Origin: Balanoglossus misakiensis
Taxonomy: Eukaryota > Animalia > Hemichordata
DNA length: 64,000 nucleotides
Reading direction: 5' to 3'
Assembly: GCA_040954595.2 (NCBI GenBank)
Contig: CM082594.2
Span: forward strand, 2,837,319-2,901,318
Both the position numbers and the translations under genes were made by a program. Positions 62,162 through 64,000 of the stretch are shown piece by piece. The stretch's first letter is position 1. The number at the start of each line of letters is the position of its first letter. The notes under the pieces were generated by a model. The model had not been told where the DNA came from and did not search any database. It was given only the letters and a program-made list of their open reading frames with translations.

Positions 62162-63586
62162 ATGGCTGTGTCCAAAATATCAATTCAAGAGCGAAGCATT
62201 TATGTGCAACACTTGCCTTTTGAATGTACAAAGAAACATTTTAGAGAATTTATCGAGTTACAGCTTGGTTTGGCCCAGGTTGATCAAATTTATATTTCTG
62301 ATAAAGATTCCGCTTTTGTCATATTTGAGAATATAGAATCAGCCACAGCCGCTCTGCCAGTAATACATAAAAGCACTTTTGAAGAAAGCAAATTACGGGC
62401 AAGTCGTGTGACCACAGCCCGAGGGTTGGAACTGTGGCATTTAATTGAGGAAACCGAACAAAGTACTGGCCTAGATTACAATGAAACCAGTGATCCCAAG
62501 ACATCCAAACCCAAAGCAGATGTACAGGAAATTATTAACATGTTGAGTTTACTGTCTGAAACAGATAGGAAAGCGGTTGCACAGGCCATATCACCTGCTC
62601 CACTGAAACCAATCGTATCAACCCCTATGCCACAGCCGATTCCATTTCCAGCATTTCCAGTACCAACTTCAGTTGCAGATTCTTCACCATTTATTATGTC
62701 TTCACCTGCCCAAGCAGCTGCTGCACAGCCAGCCACAGCCACTACTGCTTTTCACTCGGTGGAATTCCCAAGAATAGTCGTCTTCTCTGGCAAAGGTGAT
62801 GTCACTTATGAAATGTGGCGATATGAAGTTCGAGCACTACACAGGGAGAATGTGTTTCCGGAGACCATAATTATGCAGGCTGTTCGGAAATCCCTACGAG
62901 CGTCCGCTGCTGAAGTCCTACTACATATGGGAGAAGACATCACAGTGTCCCGATTGATGGCGAAGATGGACATGGTCTTTGGGAAAGTATTGCCACCGGA
63001 AGCAGTTTTGGAAAAATTCTATACAGCACGACAAACGAAGACAGAAAAGGTAGCAGAATGGGCCTGTCGCATCGAAGGACTTTTGGATGAACTCAGATCA
63101 GGTCAGTCCATCTCTAGTAATTCAGAAGAAACCATGCTTCGAACCAAATTCTTTTCTGGCCTGTCAGATGAGCACATTAAGAATGCAATCAGACACCGAT
63201 ATGATACGGGAGAAGATTATTCAGGATTGTTGCTAGCCGCAAGAAAGCTTGAAGTAAATAGGGAGACCACTACCAGGGTTCACCAAGCAACTGTTGCTGA
63301 CAAGACGATGATAACCAAATTGGAGGAACTTACCAAAGGTCTGAAGAACTTAGCTGAGAAGGTTGCTGAACTAGAGAAGCGAACTTCAACATCATCAACT
63401 CCAGAGTCTACTTTTCGCCGACGTGTCAACAATGAAAATGGCCGGGATCGGCGTGGCAACGATGGAACTCGCCAACCCAAACAAGTTTTCCCAGGCAACT
63501 GCTTCAAGTGTGGTGAACATGGACACAAAAAGACAGACTGTCCTTTAAATGGGGAGCGACCAGGCATCCGGAGGGACATGCGCTAG
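62162..63586 (+). CDS. gag: Gypsy Gag, PNMA-like, with N-terminal RRM and C-terminal CCHC knuckle (474 aa)
   Basis: RNP2-like IYVQHLP and RNP1-like DSAFVIF, Pro-rich linker, capsid FSGKGDVTYEMWRYEV...QAVRKSLR, LRTKFFSGL, coiled coil, CFKCGEHGHKKTDC. Confidence 0.92.
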   Translation: MAVSKISIQERSIYVQHLPFECTKKHFREFIELQLGLAQVDQIYISDKDSAFVIFENIESATAALPVIHKSTFEESKLRASRVTTARGLELWHLIEETEQSTGLDYNETSDPKTSKPKADVQEIINMLSLLSETDRKAVAQAISPAPLKPIVSTPMPQPIPFPAFPVPTSVADSSPFIMSSPAQAAAAQPATATTAFHSVEFPRIVVFSGKGDVTYEMWRYEVRALHRENVFPETIIMQAVRKSLRASAAEVLLHMGEDITVSRLMAKMDMVFGKVLPPEAVLEKFYTARQTKTEKVAEWACRIEGLLDELRSGQSISSNSEETMLRTKFFSGLSDEHIKNAIRHRYDTGEDYSGLLLAARKLEVNRETTTRVHQATVADKTMITKLEELTKGLKNLAEKVAELEKRTSTSSTPESTFRRRVNNENGRDRRGNDGTRQPKQVFPGNCFKCGEHGHKKTDCPLNGERPGIRRDMR

Positions 63587-64000
63587 GTCGGAACGGTAAC
63601 AGTCCCTCTAATGTTATTGATTCTTTAATAGGCCACGCCAATGAAACTGAGATTGTGCTGGAAGGATCCTCGTGTATTGCGCTGATAGACACCGGGTCCA
63701 TGGTATCTACTGTTGCTGACACTTTTAACAGAGAGAAGCTACAGAAACCAATTCATGACCTGAACAACTTGGTGAAGGTAGAAGGGGCTAGTGGTACAGA
63801 AGTTCCTTACCTTGGTTATATTGAAGTTGAAGTGAAATTCCCAGATAGCCATGGACAAGAGATGTCTAAAGATATATTATTGCTTGTTGTTGAAGACACG
63901 GAATATAATCAGATGGTTCCAGTTGTGATAGGCACAAATGTTCTCCAACATTTTGTGGATGAAGATACACAGTACAGTACAGACCTATCCTCAGTATGGA
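63547..64000 (+). CDS. pol: Gypsy pol start (aspartic protease) in -1 frame, partial
   Basis: Open -1 frame after slippery site T TTA AAT (63544-63550): IGHANET...ALIDTGSMVSTV...VEGASGTEVPYLGYIEV...VPVVIGTNVL, open to the window end. Confidence 0.9.

Larger units (their letters stand above)
60450..64000 (+). mobile_element. Second Ty3/Gypsy LTR retrotransposon, 5' part (runs off window)
   Basis: LTR-like TGTAACGG...CCGTGACA, tRNA-Ser PBS, long leader, gag ORF, frameshifted protease. Confidence 0.92.

Overview
AT-rich, intron-containing animal genomic DNA. The repeat and domain content suggests a marine invertebrate deuterostome such as a hemichordate; this is inference. I assembled three spliced genes by hand from GT-AG sites and reading frame. 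(1) An intact 16-coding-exon arylsulfatase B-like gene (+, 15691-22898, ~499 aa). (2) A secreted ~297-aa protein with five tandem acidic 6-Cys 'DGECDDGG...GTDCxDCGxR' repeats, one per exon (+, 24129-35138). (3) A type II membrane protein with four unnamed ~140-aa 4-Cys modules, one C-type lectin domain and five LDL-receptor class A repeats (-, ~55174-47063; 5' end unresolved). There is also a proteinase K-like subtilase pseudogene fragment (44269-45681). Mobile DNA dominates the rest. A young full-length chromodomain-bearing Ty3/Gypsy element (35919-44047) has its single gag-pol ORF split by a PIF/Harbinger MITE. A second Gypsy element with an RRM/PNMA-type Gag and a -1 frameshift is cut by the window end (60450-64000). 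Other repeats are a Penelope relic carrying a minimal hammerhead ribozyme, LINE 3' fragments, a Helentron-type (HINE) element with a ~239-bp array, an inverted 180-bp satellite, and many Kolobok-, Harbinger-, Academ-, Sola- and Crypton-like non-autonomous elements. No rRNA, tRNA gene or CRISPR array was seen. All calls are by eye; no database searches were run.
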